From the NCBI GenBank assembly GCA_038727135.1, contig JAVYWL010000001.1, positions 608,001 to 672,000 of the forward strand: a DNA stretch of 64,000 bases, in the 5' to 3' direction. The notes under the pieces are model-generated. The model searched no databases and was not told the origin of the DNA. It worked only from the letters and a program-made list of their open reading frames with translations. The stretch is from Candidatus Bathyarchaeia archaeon (GTDB taxonomy: Archaea; Thermoproteota; Bathyarchaeia; Bathyarchaeales; Bathycorpusculaceae). Each line of letters opens with the position of its first letter. Position 1 is the stretch's first letter. Position numbers and translations under genes: made by a program. Below are positions 1 to 11,112 of the stretch, in pieces.

Positions 1-1146
1 TATGCCTTCCTCTTCCAGAATTTGTTTTTCGATTTCACCTTGAACGCCTCCTGTTAGGCGCTGTCTAAAACCAACCAGCGGAATTGCTAAGCGCATTTTT
101 CCGGAGGCTATTGCGCTGTTTATTTCTGGTATTTTCATTTGGCTTGCAATTTCATATAGTCTCTGGCTTGGCAACCCCGTAGTCTCAATTTTAACTACGT
201 AATCTCCCGCCTCTGCGGCGTTGATGGGAAGCCCAAGTGCAATTCTTTTGCTTAAAAATCTGTTAAATAGGTAGGCTTGATAAGCCTGGGGGATAAGTTT
301 GCGTAATTTCACTGGTAACTTTCGAAAGGCGCCTTTAAAATCCTCTGGTTTCTTCGCTAAATGTTCAAGCATCAAGCGTTCGTAATACAAGTGTCTAGGA
401 AAGGATTTCAAGGCTTTCTTGAAGTCTTGTGTGCGATAAAGCTCTTCACGGGCAATTCTTGATTCTGGATGCTCAAAAGGGTAAGGTTTGGCGAGAAAAA
501 GCATCGCAGCTCTACGGAAATCGCCTTTAACGATGGCTTTTCCAACAAGGTGGGTTATCGGGCGAATTGTGCCGAAACGTTGATGTCCGAAAAAGTTTGG
601 CACACCACCCAACGCTTCAATCTCTTTGACAATTTTTTCTATTCTTTGCTGGATGGTTAATTTTGTATGGCTTATGGCGCGTATCACGATTTTAAAAGAG
701 TTTCCAAGTAGATAGTACGGCGAGAGTTTAGTCTGAAAAAAGCCTACCGGTACAATCTTTACTCTCTCGATGTTTACGTTTTTAACATCCTCCGGCTTAA
801 CGTCTCTAATTGTTATATGTTGAGCGGTAACGGCCTTTGCGTCTTTAATTCCGGCGATGTGAATCTTTTGTGAGCTTATGCCTAGCTGTTTTGCGATAGC
901 CTCAAGAACTTGAAAAGTATCCCAATTTTGCTTAATTAAAACGCACAGTAGATAACGGCCGGTTGAAGGCCATTTTTGAGTTAGTAATGGCATATGAGGA
1001 GTGAACACTTCCGCTTTTGAACCGTTAACTAACAATTCTTCAACAACGAAGTCTTCATATGACTGCCTTATGACACCTCCAACTCCAGGAGAACTTGTAG
1101 TGAAAACCTCTATCCCGATGCTTTTTTCAAGTCTTGAAACGCGCAC
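1..1146 (-). CDS. truD: tRNA pseudouridine(13) synthase TruD, 3' end outside window
   Basis: Manual translation from GTG at 1146 gives GVGGVIRQSYEDFVVEE, AGIKDAKAVTAQ (catalytic Asp), LLGNSFKIVIR and VPNFFGHQRFG; still in frame at position 1. Confidence 0.93.
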   Translation of the reverse strand, partial: MRVSRLEKSIGIEVFTTSSPGVGGVIRQSYEDFVVEELLVNGSKAEVFTPHMPLLTQKWPSTGRYLLCVLIKQNWDTFQVLEAIAKQLGISSQKIHIAGIKDAKAVTAQHITIRDVKPEDVKNVNIERVKIVPVGFFQTKLSPYYLLGNSFKIVIRAISHTKLTIQQRIEKIVKEIEALGGVPNFFGHQRFGTIRPITHLVGKAIVKGDFRRAAMLFLAKPYPFEHPESRIAREELYRTQDFKKALKSFPRHLYYERLMLEHLAKKPEDFKGAFRKLPVKLRKLIPQAYQAYLFNRFLSKRIALGLPINAAEAGDYVVKIETTGLPSQRLYEIASQMKIPEINSAIASGKMRLAIPLVGFRQRLTGGVQGEIEKQILEEEGI

Positions 1147-1159
1147 ATCCAAACCTCAA

Positions 1160-1522
1160 TTATAAGAGTGGAAGATTTCCAGTAATCTTGTCAACCTTGT
1201 CGTTAGGAGCGGGTCCTATTCCCAAACATGTTATCGTTCCCGGAGGGATCTCCGTTAAACCTCTGTCAACGATTAAGGCACAAGGTAAAGCCATCTCTTT
1301 TGCTTGTCTTTCCAGCGCCAAAAGTTCCGCTTCACTTTTAACTTTTACAACAACCTTGCGCTGGCCTTCATTCAGCCAAGCCTTCCACCATTCTCTCCTG
1401 TGCTTGCGAGCTTCTTCGGCTGCAGACACTGCCGCATGTCCTGCTTGGGCAGCAACTTTTCCTTTGCTGAGTTTTAGGTCTGAACGGAAGACTATGACTT
1501 GTTTGTAGCGAAACTCGCTCAT
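1160..1522 (-). CDS. pth2: Peptidyl-tRNA hydrolase Pth2
   Basis: KQVIVFRSDLKLSKGKVAAQAGHAA and DRGLTEIPPGTITCLGIGP motifs. Confidence 0.96.
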   Translation of the reverse strand: MSEFRYKQVIVFRSDLKLSKGKVAAQAGHAAVSAAEEARKHRREWWKAWLNEGQRKVVVKVKSEAELLALERQAKEMALPCALIVDRGLTEIPPGTITCLGIGPAPNDKVDKITGNLPLL

Positions 1523-1528
1523 GATAGT

Positions 1529-2794
1529 TCAGCCACTGCTACATTCCCGAAATCCAGTTTTAAGGTTTCCCAAAAGATAATTGAGAAAGAAAAAGGCAAG
1601 CACCGTTAAAGCTTTTGGATTATGTGCGAGCTTAAGGAGGGCTCGTCCTTGGAAATCTATTTCCTTTAAATCATTGAAAACCTTGTCTAACCGTGCCTTC
1701 TCACAAAGGCCTACAATTTCGTCCAATTTTTTGTCCGGGAGCTCATCTAACATCTTCCTAATTTTAAGCATAATTTTCATATCAAAGCCGAACATTTTCA
1801 TGAAACGACTTTGGTACATGCTCAGAAATTCTTCTGAAAAATCATTTTTGTTCAGCGCTTCTGTTGCAACATTAGCCGCAATCCACGCGCAGTTCAAGCC
1901 TAATATTATTCCACCGCCTGTCGTCGGTTTCGTTTGAGAGGCCGCGTCACCAACTGCGAGAAAGCCGTTGGCGTATGCCTTTGGTATTGGTCCGCCAATT
2001 GTTATTGGGTGATAGGATTCTCTCATTATTTTTGCGGTTCGTAGTTTTGCTGAAACCGCTGGATGCTTGTTTATAAGCCTTCGCAGAAGCGCCTTCGAGT
2101 TCCCAGTTTTAGTTGCCAAACCAACTTTTGCTTCTGTCTCGTTTTTTGGGATAAGCCAAGCATAAAATCCCAGAGCATATTTTCTTCCAAGAATAACTTC
2201 CACAATATCTGTCTCAAGGTCTTTAACATTTTCAACCTCAACCTGAGCCCCACTAACAATCTTGTTGCGTTTTGGCGGAGTTAATAATGCTTGCCTCAGC
2301 AGTCGTGCAGATATCCCTTCAGCATCTAAAGTTATTTTGCTAAAAAATTCGAATGACTTGTCATGCCTCTTAATAATTGCGCCTTTCACAAATCCTTCCG
2401 CAAACACTAGAGATTCAACTTTCGCCCCCAAACTATAGTGTGCGCCGAATTTTTGGGCTAGTTCTGCAATGTGCCTATCAAACAGAGTGCGGTTAACAAC
2501 ACAGGTTATTGGTTTGGCTAATCGAACCGTAAACACTGTGCCGTTTGGAGAATGAAATTTAGCCCCTACAAATGTATTTTCAATGATGCCCTTTGGCAGT
2601 GGATAAAGTCCAAGATTTTTCAAGCCGTTGATGCTGACATGCCCAGCGCAGTGGCATGGAACACCAATTTCGTCGTGCTCCTCAAAAACTGTTACGTTAA
2701 GGCCCTTTTTTGAAAGGTTTAGGGCGCTGAAGGAGCCGCACGGGCCTCCTCCAACAATTATTACGTCTGAGAAGTTTTCCATCTTTTTGCACAT
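1529..2794 (-). CDS. Geranylgeranyl reductase family FAD-dependent oxidoreductase
   Basis: GGGPCG FAD motif, PCHCAG, YAWLIP, VGDAASQTKPTTGGGI. Confidence 0.88.
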   Translation of the reverse strand: MCKKMENFSDVIIVGGGPCGSFSALNLSKKGLNVTVFEEHDEIGVPCHCAGHVSINGLKNLGLYPLPKGIIENTFVGAKFHSPNGTVFTVRLAKPITCVVNRTLFDRHIAELAQKFGAHYSLGAKVESLVFAEGFVKGAIIKRHDKSFEFFSKITLDAEGISARLLRQALLTPPKRNKIVSGAQVEVENVKDLETDIVEVILGRKYALGFYAWLIPKNETEAKVGLATKTGNSKALLRRLINKHPAVSAKLRTAKIMRESYHPITIGGPIPKAYANGFLAVGDAASQTKPTTGGGIILGLNCAWIAANVATEALNKNDFSEEFLSMYQSRFMKMFGFDMKIMLKIRKMLDELPDKKLDEIVGLCEKARLDKVFNDLKEIDFQGRALLKLAHNPKALTVLAFFFLNYLLGNLKTGFRECSSG

Positions 2795-2824
2795 TTAATG
2801 CAAAAGTGTTTGGAAAATTTTAAG

Positions 2825-3055
2825 CTATGAGCTTACGAGCTCGACTCGTTTTTTCCCACGGACAAGAGACGTTGTTCGTATTTTTCCGCCTATTTCAAGC
2901 TGCATAAGCGCCTTGTTAAAGTCCTTGTACCCGATATCTTTGAATTCCTCGCTTAGATATTCGAAGAGCTCAGCGTCTGTCATAGCTCCCTTCTTTTTCA
3001 AGATTTCAAGCAATGCATGATATATGGGTTGAGTTTTCCATAGTTTTGTTGGCAT
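2825..3055 (-). CDS. Small winged-helix protein downstream of cdc48
   Basis: 76 aa with helix-helix-helix plus LEIGGKIRT..RVELV wing pattern; GAGGA upstream of the ATG. Confidence 0.7.
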   Translation of the reverse strand: MPTKLWKTQPIYHALLEILKKKGAMTDAELFEYLSEEFKDIGYKDFNKALMQLEIGGKIRTTSLVRGKKRVELVSS

Positions 3056-3067
3056 GAGGTTTTCCTC

Positions 3068-5239
3068 TTAGGCTACTGGTGTTGCTGGTTTCTGGACCTG
3101 GCGGACTTGTTGCATGAAGCTCTTGTACCATTTTTCCATGTCTGGCGTTATTGAAGGCCCTATGCGCTTCAAAGCCTCTTCAAAGTCTTTCATTGTGACT
3201 TCTTTTGCGTTTATGTCCCTTCTTAGGGCTTGCATGGCTGCTTCTCTGCAGACGGCTTCGATGTCTGCACCGGAATAGTTCTTTGTCATGGCCGCTAAAG
3301 TTTCTAGGCTTACGTCTTTGGCGAGGGGCATGTTTTTAGTGTATATTTTGAATATTTGTAGGCGGCTTTTTTCGTCTGGTTCCGGCACGTATATGAGCCT
3401 ATCAAACCTTCCTGGACGAAGCACTGCTGGATCAACTATGTCCGGTCTGTTTGTAGCTGCGATTACAACAATGTCTTCTAGGGTGACTATGCCGTCCATT
3501 TCTGTTAGAAGCTGGCTTATTACGCGTTCTGTTACGCCGCTGTCTGCAAATCCCAAGCCACGACGGGGCACAAGTGAATCAATTTCGTCGAAGAATATGA
3601 CTGCTGGTGCTGCCATTCGTGCTTTTCTGAAGACTTCCCTTATGGCTTTTTCAGATTCGCCAACCCACTTGGAGAAGACTTCTGGTCCCTTGATTGTTAT
3701 GAAGTTGGCCTCGCTTTCTGTTGCTACGGCTCTAGCCAGCAATGTTTTGCCACAACCTGGTGGTCCATAGAGCAGTATACCTTTCGGAGGCTTTATCCCC
3801 ATACGCTTGAAAATGTCGGGATGCTTTAGAGGCCACTCAACAGCCTCCCTTAACTCTTGTTTTACCTCCTCCAATCCACCAATATCGTCCCAATGAACCG
3901 CTGGGACTTCAACGTACACTTCACGCATAGCTGTTGGCGTAACCTCTTTGTATGCGTTCAAGAAGTCTTCCATTTTAACCTCCATTTTTTCCAGCACTTC
4001 TGGTGGTATGCGCTCTTCTTCAAGGTTTATCTGTGGTAAGTATCGCCTTAATGCCTTCATGGCTGTCTCTCTGCAAAGTGCTGCTAAGTCTGCGCCAGTA
4101 TATCCATGGGTCATTTCAGCAAGCTTCTTAAGGTCCACATCTTCAGCGAGCGGCATTCCCCGTGTGTGAATCTGGAGAATTTCATATCTTCCCTGCTTGT
4201 CTGGGACGCCTATTTCGATTTCTCTGTCAAACCTTCCCGGTCTACGGAGAGCTGGGTCAAGGGCGTTAGGCCTGTTAGTTGCACCTATCACTATGACGTT
4301 TCCTCTTCCAGATAAGCCGTCCATTAGGGCTAAGAGTTGTGCTACAACACGCCTTTCAACTTCGCCTGTTACTTCTTCTCGTTTTGGTGCTATGGCGTCT
4401 AACTCGTCAATGAATATTATGCTCGGAGCGTTTTGTTGAGCTTGCTGGAAGATCTCCCTTAGACGTGCTTCAGATTCACCGTAGAATTTGCTCATTATTT
4501 CTGGTCCGTTTATGGAGAAGAAGTTGGCCTCCGACTCATTCGCCACAGCCCTAGCTAGCAACGTCTTTCCACATCCTGGCGGTCCATGTAATAGCACTCC
4601 TTTTGGTGGCTCTATCCCAAGTCTTTGGAAAAGTTCTGGATGCCTTAGTGGAAGTTCCACCATCTCCCTCACTCTTTGTATTTCCTCATGTAAGCCGCCA
4701 ATGTCCTCGTATGTTGTTCTTGGCACCCCTTTTCCTTCGGGGGCTGGCTCGCTTAGAATTGTTAGTTTGGTTTCTGGGGTTACTTTCACAATACCGTGGG
4801 GGCGAGTTTTCGTGACGACAAATGGTATGGCGTGTCCGAGCATCATAACGAGGGTTGTGTCTCCTTCGACTAGGGTTCTTTCCATTAAGCGGTTTTTGAC
4901 AAAGTTTGTAAAGTCTTCATCCACGTTTAGGCGCATGTCTACTGGTGCGAGTGTGACGTTTAGTGCTTCTTTGACTTTTGCTGGTCTTACGATGACGTAT
5001 TCGTTTATGGCTACTCCGGCGTTTTTGCGGGTAAATCCGTCTATGCGGATTATGTCGCGATTTTGGTCTTCACTGTAGGCCGGCCAAGCTATGGCGGATG
5101 TTGTTCTTTTGCCGACTATTTCTATTACGTCGCCGGCACTTATGCCCAGCTTCTGCATTGTTCTCTGGTCTATTCTAGCTATTCCTCTGCCGACATCTCT
5201 TTGTCTTGCGTCTCCCACCCGAAGCTGAACTTCACTCAC
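3068..5239 (-). CDS. cdc48: CDC48/VAT family AAA+ ATPase
   Basis: N-domain ([13 protein letters not shown]), two Walker A motifs GPPGCGKT, two RPGRFDR motifs. Confidence 0.97.
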   Translation of the reverse strand: MSEVQLRVGDARQRDVGRGIARIDQRTMQKLGISAGDVIEIVGKRTTSAIAWPAYSEDQNRDIIRIDGFTRKNAGVAINEYVIVRPAKVKEALNVTLAPVDMRLNVDEDFTNFVKNRLMERTLVEGDTTLVMMLGHAIPFVVTKTRPHGIVKVTPETKLTILSEPAPEGKGVPRTTYEDIGGLHEEIQRVREMVELPLRHPELFQRLGIEPPKGVLLHGPPGCGKTLLARAVANESEANFFSINGPEIMSKFYGESEARLREIFQQAQQNAPSIIFIDELDAIAPKREEVTGEVERRVVAQLLALMDGLSGRGNVIVIGATNRPNALDPALRRPGRFDREIEIGVPDKQGRYEILQIHTRGMPLAEDVDLKKLAEMTHGYTGADLAALCRETAMKALRRYLPQINLEEERIPPEVLEKMEVKMEDFLNAYKEVTPTAMREVYVEVPAVHWDDIGGLEEVKQELREAVEWPLKHPDIFKRMGIKPPKGILLYGPPGCGKTLLARAVATESEANFITIKGPEVFSKWVGESEKAIREVFRKARMAAPAVIFFDEIDSLVPRRGLGFADSGVTERVISQLLTEMDGIVTLEDIVVIAATNRPDIVDPAVLRPGRFDRLIYVPEPDEKSRLQIFKIYTKNMPLAKDVSLETLAAMTKNYSGADIEAVCREAAMQALRRDINAKEVTMKDFEEALKRIGPSITPDMEKWYKSFMQQVRQVQKPATPVA

Positions 5240-5309
5240 TTAAAACCCTTCCATAAATATTGGTTGCTCTGTTTCGAAACACGTTAAATTTCTATATAAA
5301 GGTTTAACC

Positions 5310-5585
5310 TTATCTGCTCACCCTTCTAACCATTATTGTTTGTACCTGGCTTATTTCGCTTATCTGCTCGAAACGTTTTTCCAACTCTTCAAGCACTCCA
5401 CTTTTGTCCTCTGGGATTTTGATGGCGCAAATCAAGGCGTTTAAACCGAAAGCTATGGGTTCCTCACCGTAACCGTATATGGTAGCGAATTCTGGCAAAG
5501 AAGCCTCGATCTTCTTCTTCAAATCCTCAAAGTTTACAGTTATATCTGTCGGAAAAATTTTGTAAGAAATTATAACACTTCCCAA
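5310..5585 (-). CDS. ef1b: Elongation factor 1-beta
   Basis: EEPIAFGLNAL motif, 91 aa, follows a Zn-ribbon gene as usual in archaea. Confidence 0.93.
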   Translation of the reverse strand: MGSVIISYKIFPTDITVNFEDLKKKIEASLPEFATIYGYGEEPIAFGLNALICAIKIPEDKSGVLEELEKRFEQISEISQVQTIMVRRVSR

Positions 5586-5598
5586 ATTTTACACCTCC

Positions 5599-5793
5599 TC
5601 ACGGACCGATAAAACCGCATTTTGGACACTTATATTGGCGTCCAAACTTACGACACTTTGTGCAACGCCTGATCAGGATTTCTCCACAGTTTGGGCATAG
5701 AAACTTTGTAGCTTCAGCTCCTGGCGGAATAGGTTTGCCACAGCTTGTGCATGTAACCAATGTTATTGTTGCCGCTTTTTCAGCCATTTCCAT
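5599..5793 (-). CDS. Zn-ribbon protein (DUF1610/HVO_2753-like)
   Basis: Four CxxC motifs ending [11 protein letters not shown]; upstream of EF-1beta. Confidence 0.88.
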   Translation of the reverse strand: MEMAEKAATITLVTCTSCGKPIPPGAEATKFLCPNCGEILIRRCTKCRKFGRQYKCPKCGFIGP

Positions 5794-5906
5794 TCCTCAA
5801 CGGTGAAGGTTGTAATTGTCAAGCTTCCTTATAAAATGTGCTGTACCGTGGCGTTCGCAAATTTATTATCTTACTTTAAACTTATGCATATTCAGCGGGA
5901 ATCGTT

Positions 5907-6941
5907 TTGGGAGTAAACCTTCGAGACATTGTCCCGAAAACGGTCATAAGACTTGAGGATTTAAGTGGAAAATCTATAGCAATAGACGCCTATAATGCAT
6001 TATACCAGTTTTTGGCCATAATTCGACAGCCTGACGGCACACCATTGAAGGATAGTAGCGGGCGCATCACAAGCCATTTAAGCGGGCTTCTTTACAGAAC
6101 AAGCAACTTGGTGGAGTTGGGAATTAAACCCATATACGTGTTCGATGGAGTACCGCCAGCCCTCAAAGAGGTTGAAATTAAGAGGCGTATGAGAGCAAAG
6201 GAAGAGGCCCTCATAAAGTATGAACAAGCATTAAAGGAGGGCAGGATTGACGAGGCTAGGATGTATGCACAAGCTACTGCAAGCCTTAAGGATTATATGG
6301 CTGAGGACAGTAAACGCCTCTTGGATTTGATGGGAATCCCGTGGATTCAAGCTCCAAGCGAAGGCGAAGCTCAAGCTGCTCACGTGGTTAAGCGAGGAGA
6401 CGCCGATTACTGTGCAAGCCAGGATTATGATAGCCTACTCTTCGGCGCGCCGCGCCTCGTTAGGAACGTGACGATTTCCGGTAGGCGGAAGCTTCCGGGG
6501 AAAAACGTTTACATCGAGGTTGAGCCCGAAGTCATTGAGCTTGAGCAGGTTTTGAAAGAATGTGAAATAACCCATGAGCAGTTAATTGATGTGGGAATAT
6601 TGGTGGGAACAGACTTTAACCCCGAAGGCATTAAAGGACTTGGACCAAAAACAGCCCTAAAGCTCATAAAAGAGTATGGAAGCCTAGAAAACGCCTTACC
6701 TCACATTAAAAACGCCGAGTTTCCGGTTGAGCCGCAAAAGATCAAGGAGATTTTCCTACATCCAAAAGTTACGGACAATTACAAGATTGAGTGGCGGGAG
6801 CCCGACGTAGAAGGGGTTATAAACTTTATCTGCCGCGAAAGGGACTTTTCTGAAGACCGTGTCAGAAAAGCTTTAGAAAAGATGCAAAAGGGGGTATCTA
6901 AGCTTAAAGGAAAAACAACACTTGAAAGATGGTTTGGATAG
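5907..6941 (+). CDS. fen: Flap endonuclease 1
   Basis: IDAYNALYQFL, APSEGEAQAA, SQDYDSLLFG, C-terminal PIP-like TTLERWF. Confidence 0.97.
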   Translation: MGVNLRDIVPKTVIRLEDLSGKSIAIDAYNALYQFLAIIRQPDGTPLKDSSGRITSHLSGLLYRTSNLVELGIKPIYVFDGVPPALKEVEIKRRMRAKEEALIKYEQALKEGRIDEARMYAQATASLKDYMAEDSKRLLDLMGIPWIQAPSEGEAQAAHVVKRGDADYCASQDYDSLLFGAPRLVRNVTISGRRKLPGKNVYIEVEPEVIELEQVLKECEITHEQLIDVGILVGTDFNPEGIKGLGPKTALKLIKEYGSLENALPHIKNAEFPVEPQKIKEIFLHPKVTDNYKIEWREPDVEGVINFICRERDFSEDRVRKALEKMQKGVSKLKGKTTLERWFG

Positions 6942-7004
6942 GCCGTACATAGGAAATCTTTAATCTATCTGACGCTGAATAGAACAGTCTCTCATAAAGG
7001 TGAG

Positions 7005-8309
7005 ATGAGAATGCGCAGCCAAATTCCGCTTCCAGTAGACGAGCTTCCAACAAAATGGTATAACATCTTACCAGACTTGCCTGAGCCGCTTCCGCCTCCA
7101 AGGGAGCCGGAAACCGGTCCGTCACGAATGGAGTTTTTGGCTAAGACCATGGTGAAAGAGTGTTTAAGGCAGGAGATGTCAAGTGAGCGTTGGATTCCGA
7201 TTCCGGAAGAAGTGCGTGAACTTTATCTTCATATGGGTAGGCCTAGACCCCTTTATCGTGCGATAAGATTGGAGAAATATTTAGGACTGAAGAAAGTTAG
7301 GCTTTATTACAAGCGGGAAGATTTGTCTCCGACAGGTTCTCATAAAACTAACACGGCGGTTGCTCAAGCCTATTACGCTATGAAAGAGGGAAAAATAACA
7401 TTAACAACGGAGACTGGCGCCGGGCAGTGGGGTACGGCTCTTTCCTATGCTGCGCGGCTTTTGGGTTTGGATTGCGTAGTTTTCTGGGTTAAATCTGTTT
7501 ATGACTGGAAGACGGATAGAAGAACGTTAATGAATCTTTTAGGCGCGAAGGTTTACGCTTCACCAAGTCAGCAGACGAAGATTGGCAGAGAAGTTCTCTC
7601 CAAGAATCTCGAACACCCAGGCTCGTTGGGAATAGCAATTTCAGAAGGTCTAGAGTATGCAGAGACTCATGAGGATGCTGTTTATTGTCTAGGTTCTGTT
7701 CTCAACCATGTGCTGATGCACCAATCCATAATTGGATTGGAAGCCATAAAGCAATTTGACCTAATAGACGAAAAACCAGACCTGATAATCGGCTGCCTTG
7801 GAGGAGGTTCAAACTTTGGAGGTATAGCTCTACCTTTCATAGGAGAGGTTTTAAGGGGAAAACGGAAATGCGAGTTTTTGGCCACTCAGTCGATGGCTGC
7901 GCCTAACCTTGTTAGGGGCGAATATCGTTATGATTTTTGTGATGTAGCTGAATATACTCCACTCTTGAAAGTTTACACGTTGGGGCATAAGGTTGAGATG
8001 CCGCCCATAAAGGCCGACGGCCTTCGCTATCATGCAGCTGCCCCAATAATAAGCCTCTTAAGGCATCATGGACTAGTGAAAGCGGTAGCTTACCCTATTG
8101 ATGAAAAGGCCGTTTTTGAAGCTGCGAGAATTTTCCTTCAAAGTGAGGGGTGGTTGCCGGCTCCAGAATCCAGCTATGCCATTCGCGCCGGAATAGACGA
8201 AGCCATAAAGGCCGAGAAAGCTGGAGTTGAAAAAGTAATTTGTATGAATATTAGTGGACATGGCTTCCTAGACTTGGCGGCGTATAGAGAAAAATTCGAA
8301 ACCGGCTAA
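7005..8309 (+). CDS. trpB2: Tryptophan synthase beta chain 2 (TrpB-like PLP enzyme)
   Basis: PTKWYNILPDLP, SPTGSHKTNTA, TETGAGQWG, GGGSNFGG. Confidence 0.93.
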   Translation: MRMRSQIPLPVDELPTKWYNILPDLPEPLPPPREPETGPSRMEFLAKTMVKECLRQEMSSERWIPIPEEVRELYLHMGRPRPLYRAIRLEKYLGLKKVRLYYKREDLSPTGSHKTNTAVAQAYYAMKEGKITLTTETGAGQWGTALSYAARLLGLDCVVFWVKSVYDWKTDRRTLMNLLGAKVYASPSQQTKIGREVLSKNLEHPGSLGIAISEGLEYAETHEDAVYCLGSVLNHVLMHQSIIGLEAIKQFDLIDEKPDLIIGCLGGGSNFGGIALPFIGEVLRGKRKCEFLATQSMAAPNLVRGEYRYDFCDVAEYTPLLKVYTLGHKVEMPPIKADGLRYHAAAPIISLLRHHGLVKAVAYPIDEKAVFEAARIFLQSEGWLPAPESSYAIRAGIDEAIKAEKAGVEKVICMNISGHGFLDLAAYREKFETG

Positions 8310-8316
8310 AATGAAG

Positions 8317-9035
<719 letters not shown>

Positions 9036-9090
9036 ATCAAGATAGAGGATTTGGGGCATTTAACTGATTTGCATTACAAATTTGAATGCA

Positions 9091-10920
9091 CTACTTTACG
9101 GTTACAGACTTGGCGAGGTTTCTAGGCTTGTCGGGGTCGTGTCCCCTTTCAACAGCCATATAATACGCTAAAAGCTGCAGCGGGACAACAAAGGGTATGG
9201 GTGACAAAACATCTGGTATGCCCTTTGGCACCTCAACATAGTCGTCAGCTAACCTTTTGACCTCCTCGTCGCCTTCTTCAATTATGGCTATTATTGAGGC
9301 TCCTCTGGCTTTCATCTCCATAATGTTCCCTATTATAGTCTTATGCGTATCGTCCTTAGGGCATATAAAAACCACAGGGAATCCCTCTTCAACGAGGCTT
9401 ATTGGTCCATGTTTACTTTCGCCAGCTGGAAACGCGATTGAGGGGATGTAGGCGATTTCCATAAGTTTAAGCCTGCCCTCATAAGCTGTGGCTGTGCTTA
9501 TACCCCGCCCTAAAAAGAAGAAGACCTTCGCATCCTTGTACTTTTTCGCTATGCTTTTTACTTTCTCCTCTTGTGTGGTGATTACTGTTTCCACAATGTC
9601 TGGAAGCTTCTTCAGTTTCGCCTCTATAAAGTCCATTTCATCCTGCGAAATTTTTCCTCTCTTTTTTGCTAGTCTCAGCGCTAGCTGGGCGAGAACTGAA
9701 AGCTGCGAAGTGAAGGTTTTAGTTGCAGCCACGCCGATTTCTGGTCCTGACTGCTGGCTGATGTAAACCCGTGAAACTCTTGTTAATGTTGAGCCGATAA
9801 CGTTTGTAAGTCCGAGAATTGTTGCTGCTCTTTGACGGGCGACGTTGACAGCGGCGAGTGTATCTGCTGTTTCGCCTGATTGGCTTACCGCTAAAATTGT
9901 GCTGTCAATGTTCACTGATTTTCCATGCTGTTCGATGAATTCTGAGGCTATTACGGGGTACGTTGCTAGGTAGGCTAATTTAGAAAACATGTAAGATGCT
10001 GCTAGACACGCGTGGTATGATGTGCCACAAGCCACTAGGAACACTTCTTTTGCGCGGTCCAAGAAAGTTGCCATCAAGTCAAGGTAGTGCTCCTGCAGCC
10101 TCAAAGTGTTTCGCAAACATGCAGGCTGTTCATGAATCTCCTTTAACATGAAGTGGGGATAGCCTTGCTTAACAGCCATTTCGGGGGTCCAATCGATAAG
10201 CTTTGGCTCTCGGATAACAGGGCTTAGGTCTGCAATTTTTCTTATTTCAAGACCTTCAAAAGATAGGGTCGCCAGTTCTCCATCTTCGATTATGACTGCC
10301 TTATTGGTTAATGGCAAAAAGGCTGGGATGTCAGAGGCGCAGTAAAGTGCATTTTCTCCGATTCCCACAACAAGCGGGCTTTCATGCCTGGCGCAAACTA
10401 TTTTGTCCGGCTCTTTCGGCGAAATAACCGCAATGGCATAGGAACCATCAAGCCTACGCACAGCTTCAAGAACAGCATCCACAAGCCCAAAAGAAGGATT
10501 CGTTTTAAACGCCTCTTCAATAAGGTGGGCTATAACTTCTGTATCAGTTCTAGATTGAAAGACGTGGCCTTTCCCTTCAAGTTCAAGCTTCAGCTCTGCG
10601 AAATTTTCGATGATTCCATTGTGGACAACAGCTATTTGCTCACCGCAATCAACATGGGGGTGCGCGTTAATCATTAACGGTGCTCCATGTGTAGCCCATC
10701 TTGTGTGACCTATGCCTATGGAGCCTGGCAAGTCGTCAAGGTTGTGGATTTTGTGAACTTCGTCTATTTTCCCAGCATCTTTTTTGATGTAGAGTTTTCC
10801 ATCATGAATTGTTGCTTCGCCCACAGAATCGTAGCCGCGGTATTCAAGCCTTTTAAGAGCTTGATGTATTAATGGGGCAGCGGTCCCTTCCTTTAAAATG
10901 CAACCGAATATTCCACACAT
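9091..10920 (-). CDS. glmS: Glutamine--fructose-6-phosphate transaminase
   Basis: MCGIFG Ntn start, LEYRGYDS, GHTRWATHG, PRNLAKSVTV. Confidence 0.97.
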   Translation of the reverse strand: MCGIFGCILKEGTAAPLIHQALKRLEYRGYDSVGEATIHDGKLYIKKDAGKIDEVHKIHNLDDLPGSIGIGHTRWATHGAPLMINAHPHVDCGEQIAVVHNGIIENFAELKLELEGKGHVFQSRTDTEVIAHLIEEAFKTNPSFGLVDAVLEAVRRLDGSYAIAVISPKEPDKIVCARHESPLVVGIGENALYCASDIPAFLPLTNKAVIIEDGELATLSFEGLEIRKIADLSPVIREPKLIDWTPEMAVKQGYPHFMLKEIHEQPACLRNTLRLQEHYLDLMATFLDRAKEVFLVACGTSYHACLAASYMFSKLAYLATYPVIASEFIEQHGKSVNIDSTILAVSQSGETADTLAAVNVARQRAATILGLTNVIGSTLTRVSRVYISQQSGPEIGVAATKTFTSQLSVLAQLALRLAKKRGKISQDEMDFIEAKLKKLPDIVETVITTQEEKVKSIAKKYKDAKVFFFLGRGISTATAYEGRLKLMEIAYIPSIAFPAGESKHGPISLVEEGFPVVFICPKDDTHKTIIGNIMEMKARGASIIAIIEEGDEEVKRLADDYVEVPKGIPDVLSPIPFVVPLQLLAYYMAVERGHDPDKPRNLAKSVTVK

Positions 10921-11112
10921 GCTTGCTGTCACTGTTCTCTTTTGTTGGTTTTGCAGCCATGTTAAGGACTGTTTCTGGTAATAAGCATTTTTAAGAGAAA
11001 AATTTCAGCTCTAAAAATTTCGTATAGCCCTTTTTCGTGTTTATTCGTTATTAAAAGCTTAGTTCCTTAACCAATTTTTGATAGTGTTATTAAAAATTTT
11101 ATAAGAGTTCAT

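Noticed and set aside
10921-11112. glmS ribozyme or riboswitch in the glmS leader
   Set aside because: The region is AT-rich and unstructured, with no recognisable glmS ribozyme core
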